64,000 bases of DNA from positions 43,712,001 to 43,776,000 of the forward strand of contig NC_086097.1 of NCBI RefSeq assembly GCF_963921235.1, given 5' to 3'. Below are positions 51,586 to 63,424 of the stretch, in pieces. Below the pieces are notes generated by a model that saw nothing but the letters and a program-made list of their open reading frames with translations, searched no databases and had not been told where the DNA came from. This DNA comes from Mobula hypostoma (Eukaryota). Each line of letters opens with the position of its first letter. Positions within the stretch are counted from its first letter, which is position 1. The position numbers and the translations under genes were made by a program.

Positions 51586-54500
51586 TCCAATGTTCTATAG
51601 ATTCAGGATCAGTTCCTGCGGATTGGAGGGTAGCTGATGTTATCCCACTTTTTAAGAAAGGAGGGAGAGAGAAAACAGGCAATTGTAGACCATATAGTCT
51701 GACATCAGTGGTGGGGAAGATGCTGGAATCAATTATAAAAGATGAAATAGCAGCATATTTGGATAGCAGTGGCAGGATAGGTCCGAGTCAGCATGGATTT
51801 ACGAAGGGGAAATCATGCTTGACTAATTTTCTGGCATTTTTTGAGAATATAACTATGAAAATGGACATGGGAAAGCCAGTGGATGTAGTGTACCTGGACT
51901 TTCAGAAAGCCTTTGATAAGGTCCCCCATAGGAGGTTAGTGGGCAAAATTAGAGCAAATGGTACTGGGGGTAGGGTACTGACATGGATAGAAAATTGGTT
52001 GGCAGACAGGAAACAAAGAGTAGGGATTAATGGGTCCTTTTCAGAATGGCAGACAGTGACTAGTGGGGTACCGCAAAGCTCAGTGCTGGGACCGCAGCTA
52101 CTTATAATATACATTAATGGTTTAGATGAAGGGATTAAAGACAACATTAGCAAATTTGCAGATGACACAAAGCTGGGTGGCAGTGTGAAATGTGAGGAGG
52201 ATGTTATGAAAATGCAGGGTGACTTGGACAGTTTGGGTGAGTGGGCAGATGCATGGCAGATACAGTTTAATGTGGATAAATGTGAGGTTACCCACTTTGG
52301 TGGCAAGAATAGGAAGGCAGATTACTATCTGAATGGTGTCAAGTTAGGAAAAGAGGAAGTACGAGATCTAGGTGTCCTTGTTCATCAGACAATAGGTGCA
52401 GGAGTAGGCCATTCGGCCCTTCGAGCCAGCACTGCCATTCACTGTGATCATGACTGATCATCCACAATCAGTATCCAGCTCCTGCCTTATCCCCATAACC
52501 TTTGATTCCGCTACCTTTAAGAGCTCTATCCATCTCTTTTTTGAAAGCATCCAGAGACTTGGCCTCCATAGTGTTCTGGGGCAGAGCATTCCATATATCC
52601 ACCACTCTCTGGGTGAAAAAGCTTTTCCTCAACTCCATTCTAAATGGCTTACCCCTAATTTTTAAACTGTGGGCTCTGGTTCTGGACTCACCCATCAGCG
52701 GGAACATGCTTCCTGCCTCCAGCGTGTCCAATCCCTTAATAATCTTATATGTTTCAATACGATCCCCTCTCAGCCTTCTAAATTCCAGAGTCTACAAGCC
52801 CAGTCGCTCCAATCTTTCGACATATGACAGTCCCGCCATCCCGGGAATTAACCTTGTGAACCTACGCTGCACTCCCTCAATAGCAAGAATGTCCTTCCTC
52901 AAATTTGGAGACCAAAACTGCACACAGTACTCCAGGTGTGGTCTCACCAGGGCCCTGTACAACTGCAGAAGGACCTCTTTGCTCTTATACTCAATTCCCC
53001 TTGTTATGAAGGCCAGCATGCCATTAGCCTTCTTCACTGCCTGCTGTACTTGCATGCTTGCTTTCAATGACTGATGTACAGGAACACCTAGATCTCGTTG
53101 TGCTTCCCCTTTTCCTAAGTTAGATAATAATCTGCCTTCCCGTTCTTACCACCAAAGTGGATAACCTCACATTTATCCACATTAAACTGCATCTGCCATG
53201 CATTTGCCCACGCACCCAGCCTGTCCAAGTCATCCTGCATTCTCATAACATCCTCCTCACATTTCACACTGCCACCCAGCTTTGTGTCATCGGCAAATTT
53301 GCTAATGTTACTTTTAATTCCCTCATCTAAATCATTAATATATATTGTAAACAGCTGCGGTCCCAGCACTGAACCCTGCGGTACCCCACTGGTCACCGCC
53401 TGCCATTCCGAAAGGGACCCGTTAATCGCTACTCTTTGTTTTCTGTCAGCCAGCCAATTTTCAATCCATGTCAGTACTCTGCCTCCAATACCATATGCCC
53501 TAATTTTGCCTACTAATCTCCTATGTGGGACTTTATCAAAGGCTTTCTGAAAGTCCAGGTACACTACATCCACTGGCTCTCCCTTGTCCATTTTCATAGT
53601 TACATCCTCAAAAAATTCCAGAAGATTAGTCAAGCACCATTTCCCCTTCGTAAATCCATGCTGACTTGGACCAATCCTGTTACTGCTATCCAGATGTGCC
53701 GTAATTTCATCTTTTATAATTGACTCCAGCATCTTTCCCACCACCGACGTCAGGCTAACCGGTCTATAATTCCCTGTTTTCTCTCTTCCTCCCTTCTTGA
53801 AGAGAGGGACAATGTTAGCCACCCTCCAATCCACAGGAACTGATCCTGAATCTATAGAACATTGGAAAATGATTACCAATGCATCCACAATTTCTAAAGC
53901 CACCTCCTTAAGTACCCTGGGATGCAGACCATCAGGTCCCGGGGACTTATCAGCCTTCAGACCCAACAGCCTACCCAACACTATTTCCTGCCTAATATAA
54001 ATTTCCTTCAATTCATCCATTACCCTATGTCCTTTGGCCACTATTACATCTGGGAGATTGTTTGTGTCTTCCCTAGTGAAGACAGATCCAAAGTACCTGT
54101 TCAACTCATCTGCCATTTCCTTGTTCCCCATAATGAATTCACCCGCTTCTGTCTTCAAGGGCCCAATTTTGGTCCTAATGATTTTTTTCCTTTTCAGATA
54201 CCTAAAGAAGCTTTTACTATCCTCCTTTATATTCTTGGCTAGTTTACCTTCGTACCTCATTTTCTCTCTGCATATTACCTTTTTAGTTACCTTCTGTTGC
54301 TTTTTAAAAGTTTCCCAATCCTCTGGCTTCCCACTCGTCTTTGCTATGTTATACTTCTTCTCTTTTATTTTCATACTGTCCATTACTTCCCTTGTCAGCC
54401 ACGGCCTCCCCTTACTCCCCTTAGGATCTTTCTTCCTCTTTGGAATGAACTGATCCTGCACCTTCCGCATTATTCCCAGAAACACTTGCCATTGCTGTTC

Positions 54501-55902
54501 CACTGTCGTCCCCGCTAGGTTATTGTTCCATTGAACTTTGGCCAACTCCTTCCTCATAGCACCATAGTTCCCTTTGTTCAACTGTAATACTGACACTTCC
54601 GAGTTTCCCTTCTCCCGCTCAAATTGTAGATTAAAACTTATCATATTATGGTCACTACCTCCTAATGGCTCCTTTACCTCAAGGTCACTGGTCAAATCCG
54701 GTTCATTGCACAACACTAAATCTAGAATAGTGTTCTCTCTGGTAGGCTCCAGTACAAGCTGTTCTAAGAATCCATCTCGGAGGGACTCCACAATCTCCCT
54801 TTCTTGGGGTCCAGTACCAACCTGATTCCTCCAGTCTACCAGCATGCTGAAGTCCCCCATAACAAGTGCAGCATTACCTTTGCGACATGCCAATTTTAAC
54901 TCTTGATTCAACTTACACCCTACATCCAGACTACTGTTTGGGGGCCTGTAGATAACTCTCATTAGGGTCTTTCTACCCTTAGAATTTCCCAGTTCTATCC
55001 ATACTGACTCTACGTCTACTGATTCTATGTCCCCCCTCACAAGGGACTGAATATCATTCCTCACCAATAGAGCTACCCCATCCCCTCTGCCCATCAGTCT
55101 ATCCTTTCGATAGGATGTATACCCTTGAATATTTATTTCCCAGGCCCTGTCCACTTGAAGCCATGTCTCTGTTATTCTCACAACATCATACTTACCAATT
55201 TCCAACTGTGCCTCAGTCACTGTAAGTAAGCATGCAGGTACAGCAGGCAGTGAAGAAAGCTAATGGCATATTGGCCTTCATAACATGGGGAGTTGAGTAG
55301 GGGGGCAAAGAGGTCCTTCTGCAGTTGTACAGGGCCCTAGTGAGACCACACCTGGAGTATTGTGTGCAGTTTTGGTCTCCAAATCTGAGGAAGGACATTC
55401 TAGCTATTGAGGGAGTGCAGTGTAGGTTCGCGAGATTAATTCCCAGGATGGCAGGACTGTCGTATGTTGAAAGATTGGAGTGAATAGGGTTGTATACACT
55501 GGAATTTAGAAGGCTGAGAGGGGATCTGATTGAAACATATAAGATTATTAAGGGACTGGACACGTTAGAGGCAGGAAACATGTTCCTGATGTTAGGGGAG
55601 TCTAGAACCAGAGGCCACAGTTTAAGAATAAGGAGTAGACAATTTAGAACGGAGTTGAGGAAAAACTTTTTCACACAGAGGGTTGTGGTTCTGTGGAATG
55701 CTCTGTCTCAGAAGGTAGTGGAGGCCAATTCTCTGGATTCCTTCAAGAAAGAGTTAGATAGAGCCCTTAAAGATGGCGGAGTGAAGGGATATGGGGAGAT
55801 GGCCGGAAAAGGGCACTGATTGTGGATGATCAGCCATGATCACAGTGAATGGTGGTGCTGGCTCGAAGGGCTGAATGGCCTACTCCTGCACCTATTGTCT
55901 AT
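51586..55902 (+). mobile_element. CR1 copy A (51586-52388 and 55217-55902) split by antisense CR1 copy B
   Basis: ORF 51708-52457 stops resembling RT after DLGVLVHQ. The sequence resumes at 55217 (tcactgtaagtaagcatgcagg, QVQQAVKKANG) and runs to the ctattgtctatt tail. Confidence 0.9.
52389..55215 (-). mobile_element. CR1 copy B, nearly complete ORF2 (APE endonuclease plus RT)
   Basis: Open 701-aa ORF 53115-55220 (ITETW, IYRPP, GDF, SDH; RT with FADD). A frameshift near 53115 separates it from the C-terminal ORFs 52792-53067 and 52468-52731. 3'UTR runs to 52389. Confidence 0.95.
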
Positions 55903-56820
55903 TATGTATCATTTATGCTAGCAGCTCATTCCAGACTGAGTGAAAAAGATCCTCCTCAATTTCTCCTTAAACATTTCACCCTGAACCCATGACCTCTAGT
56001 TCTAGTCTCACCCGACCTCAGTAGGTAAAAGCCTGCTTGCATTTACTCTATCTATAATGCTCACTATTTGTCTGTCACTATCAAATCTCCCCATATTCCC
56101 CGATGCTTCAGGGAATAAAGTGCTAAGCTGCATAGCTCAGGTCCTCAAGTCCAGGAAACATCTTTGTTAATTTTCTCTGTACTCTTTCAATCTTATTGTT
56201 ATCTTTCCAGAAGACAAGTGACCAGAACTGCACACAATACTCAAAATTAGGCCTCACCAACGTCTTATACATCTTCAACATAACATCACAACTTGATTTA
56301 TGAAGGCCAATGTGCCAAAATCTCTCTTTATGACCTTATCTACCTGTGATGCCACTTTCAAGGAATTATGCATGTGTTCGCAGATCCCTCTGCTCTACCG
56401 CACTCCTCAATGCCCTGTGTAAATCCTACATTGGTTTGTCCTCCCAAAGTGCCAAACCTCACACTTGTCTGCATAAAATTCCACCTGCAAGCTTTGTTAC
56501 TTTCCTCGCTGTCCACTATGCCCCGATCTTGGTGGCATCCTCAAATTTTGCTGATCCGATTTACATTATCATCCAATCACTGATAGAGATGATGACAGCA
56601 AAAGGATGCAGCACTGGTCCCCTGTGGCACAGCACTATTCACTGGCCTCTAGTCAGAAGCAACCACCTATTTCCACTCTCTTGCTTATTCCGCAAAGACA
56701 AAGCTAATCCAATTTACTATCTCATCCTGAATGCCAAGCAAATAAACTTTCTTGACCGACCTCCCATGTGGAACCATGCCAAAGGCTTTGCTGAAGGCCA
56801 TGAAGACAACATCCACTTCT

Positions 56821-56952
56821 TGATGAAGGATCTCGGCCCAAAATGTTGACCATTTACTCTTTTCCATAGATGCTGCCTGGCTTACTGAGTTCCTCCAGCA
56901 TCTTGTGTGATGCTCTGAATTTCCAGCATCTGCAGATTTTCTCCTGTTTGTG
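56821..56952 (+). mobile_element. Short Penelope tail insertion starting within a decayed hammerhead
   Basis: tgatgaaggatctcggcccaaaatgttgac...gatgctgcctgg... flanked by ATCCACTTCT (56811-56820) and ATCTACTTCT (56953-56962), inside a CR1 RT remnant. Confidence 0.8.
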
Positions 56953-59689
56953 ATCTACTTCTTTAATCAATTTTCCTGGATTAGTTAGACTTGACCTATC
57001 ACGCACTATGTTGACTATCTCTAATCAGTCCCTGTCCGTCCAAATACTTATGAATCCAGTCCCTTAGAACACCTTCCAATAACTTGCCCTCTGCTGGGCT
57101 CAAGCTCACTGGTCTGTAACTTCCTGGCTTTTTCTTACAGCCTTTCTTAAACAACAGAACAACATTAGCAATCCGCCAATTCTCCAGCACATTACCCATG
57201 CTAAAGACTTCCTAAATGCACTGCTCAGAGCTCTTACAATTTCTGCATTAGCCTCCCACACGGCACGAAGAGATACCTGTTAGGCCCTGGGGATTCATCC
57301 ACCCTAATTTGTCCCAAGACAGCAAGCACCTCCTCTTCTGTAATCTGGATATGGTCCATGACCTAACTACTCTTTTGCCTTTGAGATTCTCTCTCACCTT
57401 ATCTGCCAAAGCAACCTCATGTCCCCTTTTAGTCTTGCTGATTTTTCTCTTAAGCAGTCTCTTGCATTCCTTGTAAGACTATAGACCAAGGAGCAAAATT
57501 AGGCCATTCAGCCCATCAAATCTGCTTCACCTTTCCATCATGGCTGATTTATTACCCCTTTCAATCCCATTCTCCTGCCTTCTCCCTATAACCTTCAACA
57601 CCCTGACTAATCAGGAACTATCAACCTCTGCTTTAAACATATCCAAGGACTTGGCCTCCATGGACGTCTGTGGCAATAAATTGCACAGATTCACCATCCT
57701 CTGACTAAATAAATCTCTCATCTCTGTTTTAAATGGACATCACTCTATTTTGAGGCTATGCCCTCTGGTACTAGACTCCCCCCACTATAGGAAACATGTT
57801 CTCCACATGCACTCTATCTAGGCCTTTCAATATCCGATAGGTTTCAATGAGATTCCTCGTCGTTCTTCTGAACTCTGGCAAGTACAGGTCCAGAGCCAAA
57901 CTCCTCATATATTAACCCTTTCGTTCTGGGATTATTCTCGTGAACAACCTTTGGACCCTCTCCAATGCCAGCACATTTTTTTCTTAGACAAGAGGCCCAA
58001 AACTGCTCACAATACTCCAACTGTCATTTGACCAATGCCTTATAAAGTCTCAGCATTACATCCTTACTCAAATATTCTAGTCCTCTCAAAATGCATGATA
58101 ACATTGCATTTGCCTTCCTTACCACTGATCTAACCTGTATGTTAACCTTCAGAGAATCCTGTAAATGGACTCCCAAGTGTCTTTGCACCTCTGAATTTTG
58201 AATTTTCTCTCCGTTTCAAAAATGGTCTATGCCTTTATTCCTGTCGTTACACTTTCCTACACTATCGTCCATCTGACACTTCTTTGCCATTCCTTCCAAT
58301 CTAAGTTCCGCACAATCCCTGGTTCTTCCACCTATTTTCATTTTGTCTGCAAACTTGGCCACAAAGCCATCAATTCCAACATCCAACTCACTGACATGGT
58401 GAAAATATGTGGTCCCATCACCAACCCCTGCAGAACATCACTAGTCACTAGCATCCAAGCAGAAAAAACCCTCCTTTATTCTCACTCTTTGCCTCCTGCC
58501 ATTCAGTCAATCTTCTACTATGCCAGTGTCTTTCCTATAATACCATGAACTCTTGTTAAGTAGCCTAATGTGCAGCACCTTGTTAAAGGCCATTTGAAAT
58601 TCCAAGTAAACAACATCCACTGACTCTCCTTTGCCTAAGCTGCTTGTTATTTCCTCAAAGAATTTCAACAGATTTGTTGGGCAAGATTTCCCCTTAAGGA
58701 AACCATGTTGACTTGGCCTATTTTATCATGGGTCTCTAAGTACCTTGAAATCTTTAATAATAGACTCCAACATCTTCCCAGCTACTGAAGTCAGACTAAC
58801 AGGCCTATAATTTCATTTTCTCTGCCTCCTTCCCTTCTAAAAGAGTGAAGTTGTATTTATATTTTCCAGTCCTCTGAATCTAGTGAACCTCATTTGATCC
58901 TAACTGTCTATATGTACTTGAAATACACCTCCTTCTGAGGACTTAACTGAGACCTCAAAGTCCCCTTAAAATCAAGGTTCCCCGAAACCCTGCTAGCCTT
59001 GCATTTTATTCTACATTTTCCGTACCCTGCATACTGTATTTTACTTTTGAAGACCATCCCTTTGCCAGAAAACAACCTACCTCAATCCACACCTACTTGA
59101 TCTCTGATGCCATCAAAATTGACCTCTCTCCAATCTAGAATCTTAATCCCAATCCTATCTTTCCCTATAATTATCTCCAAGCTAATTGTCTCAATGGTTT
59201 TCTTTTGCTGCAGAAACGATACTATACAAAACACAGATTGAACTATTGTGTACATGAGAAATAAGATGTATACCAGGTCAGATGTCTGGTTTAAATGCAT
59301 CAGCTACACTTCAGATAACTAAAGAGTTTATCTCCAATGAGCAAAGCGGTTCTCAAGTTGGTTCTCAAAGTGGTTCTACAGTACTTAGCAGTTACTCTAT
59401 GTTGCTAATGCAATTCATTGTCTGTGATAATACTGAACAGAAAATATAAAACTATTAGAAAGCAGTTTAGCTCTTTATCACTAACAAAGTTGTATAAAAA
59501 AATCCATGTTGTTGTTTCCTCGTATTCCAATAAAATTGTTTGCACTTCAGAAGTAACTTTATTACCTTGATGACAGAATAAACACACCAGCAATTTGCAC
59601 AGAAAAAATGAAATTTTCCAGATAATGTGATGCTAGTATTTGCTAGGATACATCAAGAACATGCTTCCTTGAAATAATGCCATAAGGTC

Positions 59690-60652
59690 CACAAAGCTGT
59701 GTGCTTACTTCCCTGCTCTACTCGTTTTATGCTTATAATTGTGTGGCTAAGTACAGCTCCAATGCCATATTCAAGCTTGCAGATACTTAGGGTAGTGACA
59801 AATCAGCATACAAGAGGGAGACTGAAAATTTGTCCAAGTAGTGCCATAACAATCTCTTACTCAGTGCCAGCAAGACCAAGGAGCTTGTTATTGACTTCAG
59901 GGGAAGGAAACCAGAAGTTCATGAGCCAGACCTCATCAAAGGACCAGAGGTGAAGAGGGTAAACAACTTTAAATTCCTCCGTGTTATTACTTCAGAGGAC
60001 CTGCCCTGGGCCCAGGATGCAAGTAGAGTTTCAAAGAAGGCATGGTAGTGCCTCTACTTCCTTAGGAGTTTGCAGAGATTCGGCATGACATTTAAAACTT
60101 CGACATATGTCTATAGCTGTGTGCTGGAGAGTATACTGATTGGCTGCATCACAGCCTGGTGTGGAAATACCAATGAATGGAAAATCCTACAAAAAGTAGT
60201 GGATATGCCCAGTCCATCACAGGCAAAGTCCTCCCAACCATTGAGCTGTCGCAGGAAAGCATCCATCATCAGGAATCCTCAACACCCGGAACAAGCTTTC
60301 TTCTCACTACTGCCATCAGATAGAAGATACAGGAGTCTCAGGACTCACAACACCAGGTTCAGGAACAGGAACCATCTGGCTCTTCAACCAAAGAGGATAA
60401 CTTCACTTGCCCCATCACTGAAATGTTCCCACAACCAATGGACTCATTTTCAAGGTCTCTTCCTCTCTTTATCGCTTATTAGTACTTCCTTCTTTTTTTT
60501 TTGTATTTGCACTCTTCCCAACCTGGGCATTCTGTCAGTCTTTTACTGATTCTGTTACGGTTATTATTCTATAGATTTATTGAGTATGCCCACAAGAAAA
60601 TAAATCTCAGTGTTGTATATATGTACTTTGATAATAAATTTACTTTGAACTT
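59690..60652 (+). mobile_element. Rex1/Babar- or L2-like LINE 3' fragment
   Basis: YSCVLESILIGCITAWCGN...HPEQAFFSLLPSDRRYRSLRTHNTRFRN. Ends in aataaatttactttgaactttg. Confidence 0.78.
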
Positions 60653-61059
60653 TGGAAAGGTCTTGTTTAATATTTTCAATTGAAATTAATCTTACCTGAC
60701 AAATTCATATTAGTTCAGTACCAAACCCAAGCATCTTATAACTAGTTTTACTCCTAACCTTCCCCATTGTTCTAATGAAATGGCATTGGAATGAAACTTC
60801 AGTTCTATTTTCCCATCCATTGATGCTCCATGACCTGCCTTATAATTCAAGTATTCTGTTTTATTTCCGATAAGACCTTATACTCGGGTCCTAGAATGAA
60901 ACATAAACCAATGGTCATCCAAGTTAGATGAAGGGCGTTGCCACTGACATCTAATGTTTTGGAAACTGTTTACCTCTCTATCATTGTTATCCATATAACT
61001 TTGAACAGTCTCACTTTGCACTTCAAAACTAAGCATTTTAAATTTGTACTTAAAAAAGG

Positions 61060-61822
61060 AAATGTGAGGTGGTACACGTTGGAAGGACAAACTTCAAGGC
61101 AGAGTACAAAGTAAATGGCAGGATACTTGGTAGTGTGGAGGAGCAGACGGATCTGGGGGTACATGTCCACAGATCCCTGAAAGTTGCCTCACAGGTGGAT
61201 AGGGTAGTTAAGAAAGCTTATGGGGTGTTAGCTTTCATAAGTCGAAGGGTAGAGTTTAAGAGTCGCGAGGTAATGATGCAGCTCTATAAAACTCTGGTTA
61301 GGCCACTCTTGGAGTACTGTGTCCAGTTCTGGTCACCTCACTATAGGAAGCATGTGGAAGCATTGGAAAGGGTACAGAGGAGATTTTCCAGGATGCTGCC
61401 TGGTTTAGAGAGTATGGATTATGATCAGAGATTAAGGGAGCTAGGGCTTTGGAGAGAAGGAAGATGAGAGGAGACATGATAGAGGTGTACAAGATATTAA
61501 GAGGAATAGATAGAGTGGATAGCCAGCGCCTCTTCCCCAGGGCACCACTGCTCAATATAAGAGGACACGGCTTTAAGATAAGGGGTGGGAAGTTCAAGGG
61601 GGATATTAGAGGAAGGTTTTTTTACTCAGAGTGGTTGGTGCGTGGAATGCACTGCCTGAGTCAGTGGTGGATGCAGATATACTCGTGAAGTTTAAGAGAC
61701 TACTAAACAGGTATATGGAGGAATTTAAGGTAGGGGGTTATATGGGAGGCAGGGTTTGAGCGTCGGCACAACATTGTGGGCCAAAGGGCCTGTAATATGC
61801 TGTACTATTCTATGTTCTATGT
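61060..61822 (+). mobile_element. CR1 3' fragment, same subfamily as 34220-36652
   Basis: Highly similar to 35893-36650 (VHVGRTN...LVRPLLEYCVQFWSP...RGGKFKGDIRG), with a ttctatgttctatg tail. Confidence 0.9.
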
Positions 61823-62162
61823 ACTGCCAAATTCAACAAGACTGAGAGTCCAAACTTTGAAAGGGCAACCTTTCTTGGTTAAGCAGACTAATGTGCTTTA
61901 AAATATGTCATATATATCTAAAAACTTGACAACATTGAAATGATTGAAACAAACAAATTGAGCATTTTCCTTCACTGCCTACCCCATTACATTCTAAGAA
62001 CAGTATTGCTTTCATCTAATCATATTGAGATATTTCAAATCTTCCAAATAACAGAAGACATGGCTAAAAGAATTCACCTGGGCAGAGTCCAAGTTCATCT
62101 CCAATTACTTTATTAATAAATTACCTCCGTCAAAAAAAACACAGCTGGGGATATTGGCTGAT

Positions 62163-62443
62163 CTCACAACACGCTGGAGGAACTCAGCAGGTCGGGCAGC
62201 ATCCATGGAAAAGATCGGTCGACGTTTCAGGCCTGAACCCTTCGTCATGACTGTACAAGGAAGGGGCAGAGGCCCTCCACCTTCTTTGTAGGCCCTCTGC
62301 CCCTTCCCTCTACAGTCCTGACGAAGGGTTCCGGCCCGAAACGTCGACCAATCTTTTCCGCGGATGCTGCAGACCTGCTGAGTTCCTCCAGCGTGTTGTG
62401 AGTGTTGCTTTGATCCCAGCATCTGCAGATTATTTTGTGTTTT
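62163..62443. mobile_element. 281-bp fold-back Penelope terminal-repeat insertion with two opposed hammerhead motifs
   Basis: Inverted arms at about 62163-62275 and 62291-62402, plus a roughly 40-nt tail. Perfect 13-bp TSD GATATTGGCTGAT (62150-62162, 62444-62456). Confidence 0.9.
62315..62348 (+). ncRNA. Minimal type I hammerhead ribozyme motif
   Basis: GTC-CTGACGA-AGGGTTCCGGCCC-GAAA-CGTC-GAC has an intact catalytic core. Variant copies are at 27584-27619 (+, CCGACGA), 39899-39934 (+), about 38733-38768 (-, CTGTTGA) and 62218-62251 (-, ATGACGA). Confidence 0.75.
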
Positions 62444-63424
62444 GATATTGGCTGATGACAGTTCATTTTCCGCCCTCTAATAATGAGACAGTTTATAGCT
62501 GCAACTCAGACTAAGTAGAATGAACCACATACAAGACTTAAGACAGAATTCTAGCACAAGTAATATTCATATCACACCAGCTACACCATTTACTAAAGCC
62601 ACTGCCACACTTGCCTAGAACATTCTGGGGCACCTCCAATTTGTGCCATCTCAGTCATCTGCATCCTGTTCTTCACTTTAAATACTCATTCCTCCTCCAC
62701 CACTGTTTCTTGGTCTACAAATGGCACAAAAGCAATCTGCCATAGCATCTTCAGTTGCCCATGTTAAACTGGTTACTGCTTGCTTTTGAGAAGGAAAAGG
62801 ACAATCTATTTGGATTTGATCATCAGAGTTTAGAATTAATTTGATCTGTTTTTCCCTTGTTTGGGTAAGGCAGACAAAACATCCAGATATAATTCAATCA
62901 CAGAGTTCTAAGAAATAAACTGATACAATGATATAAATACTAATTGAGTAATCAAAAGCCAGGAACGGTTTGATGCAAATGACAAACACAAAATGAGACA
63001 TAATTGAAAACAAATGCAAGACATTTTCCTTCAAAATACTATTAGTACTAGAATCAAACAAGACAGAATTTTATCCATCATTGACTTAAGACCATGGCTA
63101 TCATTTGGGGAGAGATCAAATAGACCAGGCTTCGATTCTCAACTGATCAAGATGGTGTCCTTCCACGTGCCAACACAATAGGCATGGACAAGATAAGATC
63201 ATTGGTTTTTGGAAAATACAGCAAGCCAAGGTAGTTCAACGGCATCATGCATTCAATAGTGTAATATAAAGCACAACTTAAAACCTGGATGGAAAAGAGA
63301 AATCTTTCTGTATTGGTTCCAATGTGTTTTTACACAGTAAAAGTTACTTTTCAGAAACATGAGAAAACAAAGCCAAATTAGTGAAATCCAGGATGCCCTC
63401 AAGAGTTTCCTTCACCACTCACCC

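Larger units (their letters stand above)
50530..59200. mobile_element. Cluster of nested CR1 LINEs
   Basis: Old minus-strand copies (about 50530-51410; 51440-51585 continuing at 55905-57475 and 58885-59200; 57476-58880) enclose the younger copies annotated separately. Confidence 0.8.

Noticed and set aside
52502..55674. Long antisense ORFs such as MSSANLL... and ...DQNCTQYSRCGLT...
   Set aside because: Typical shadow frames on the opposite strand of CR1 ORF2, not independent genes.
3060..62450. Recurring gatgctgcctggcctgctg repeat as a CRISPR-like or regularly spaced array
   Set aside because: The copies are dispersed, in both orientations, with individual TSDs. They are interspersed retroelement tails.
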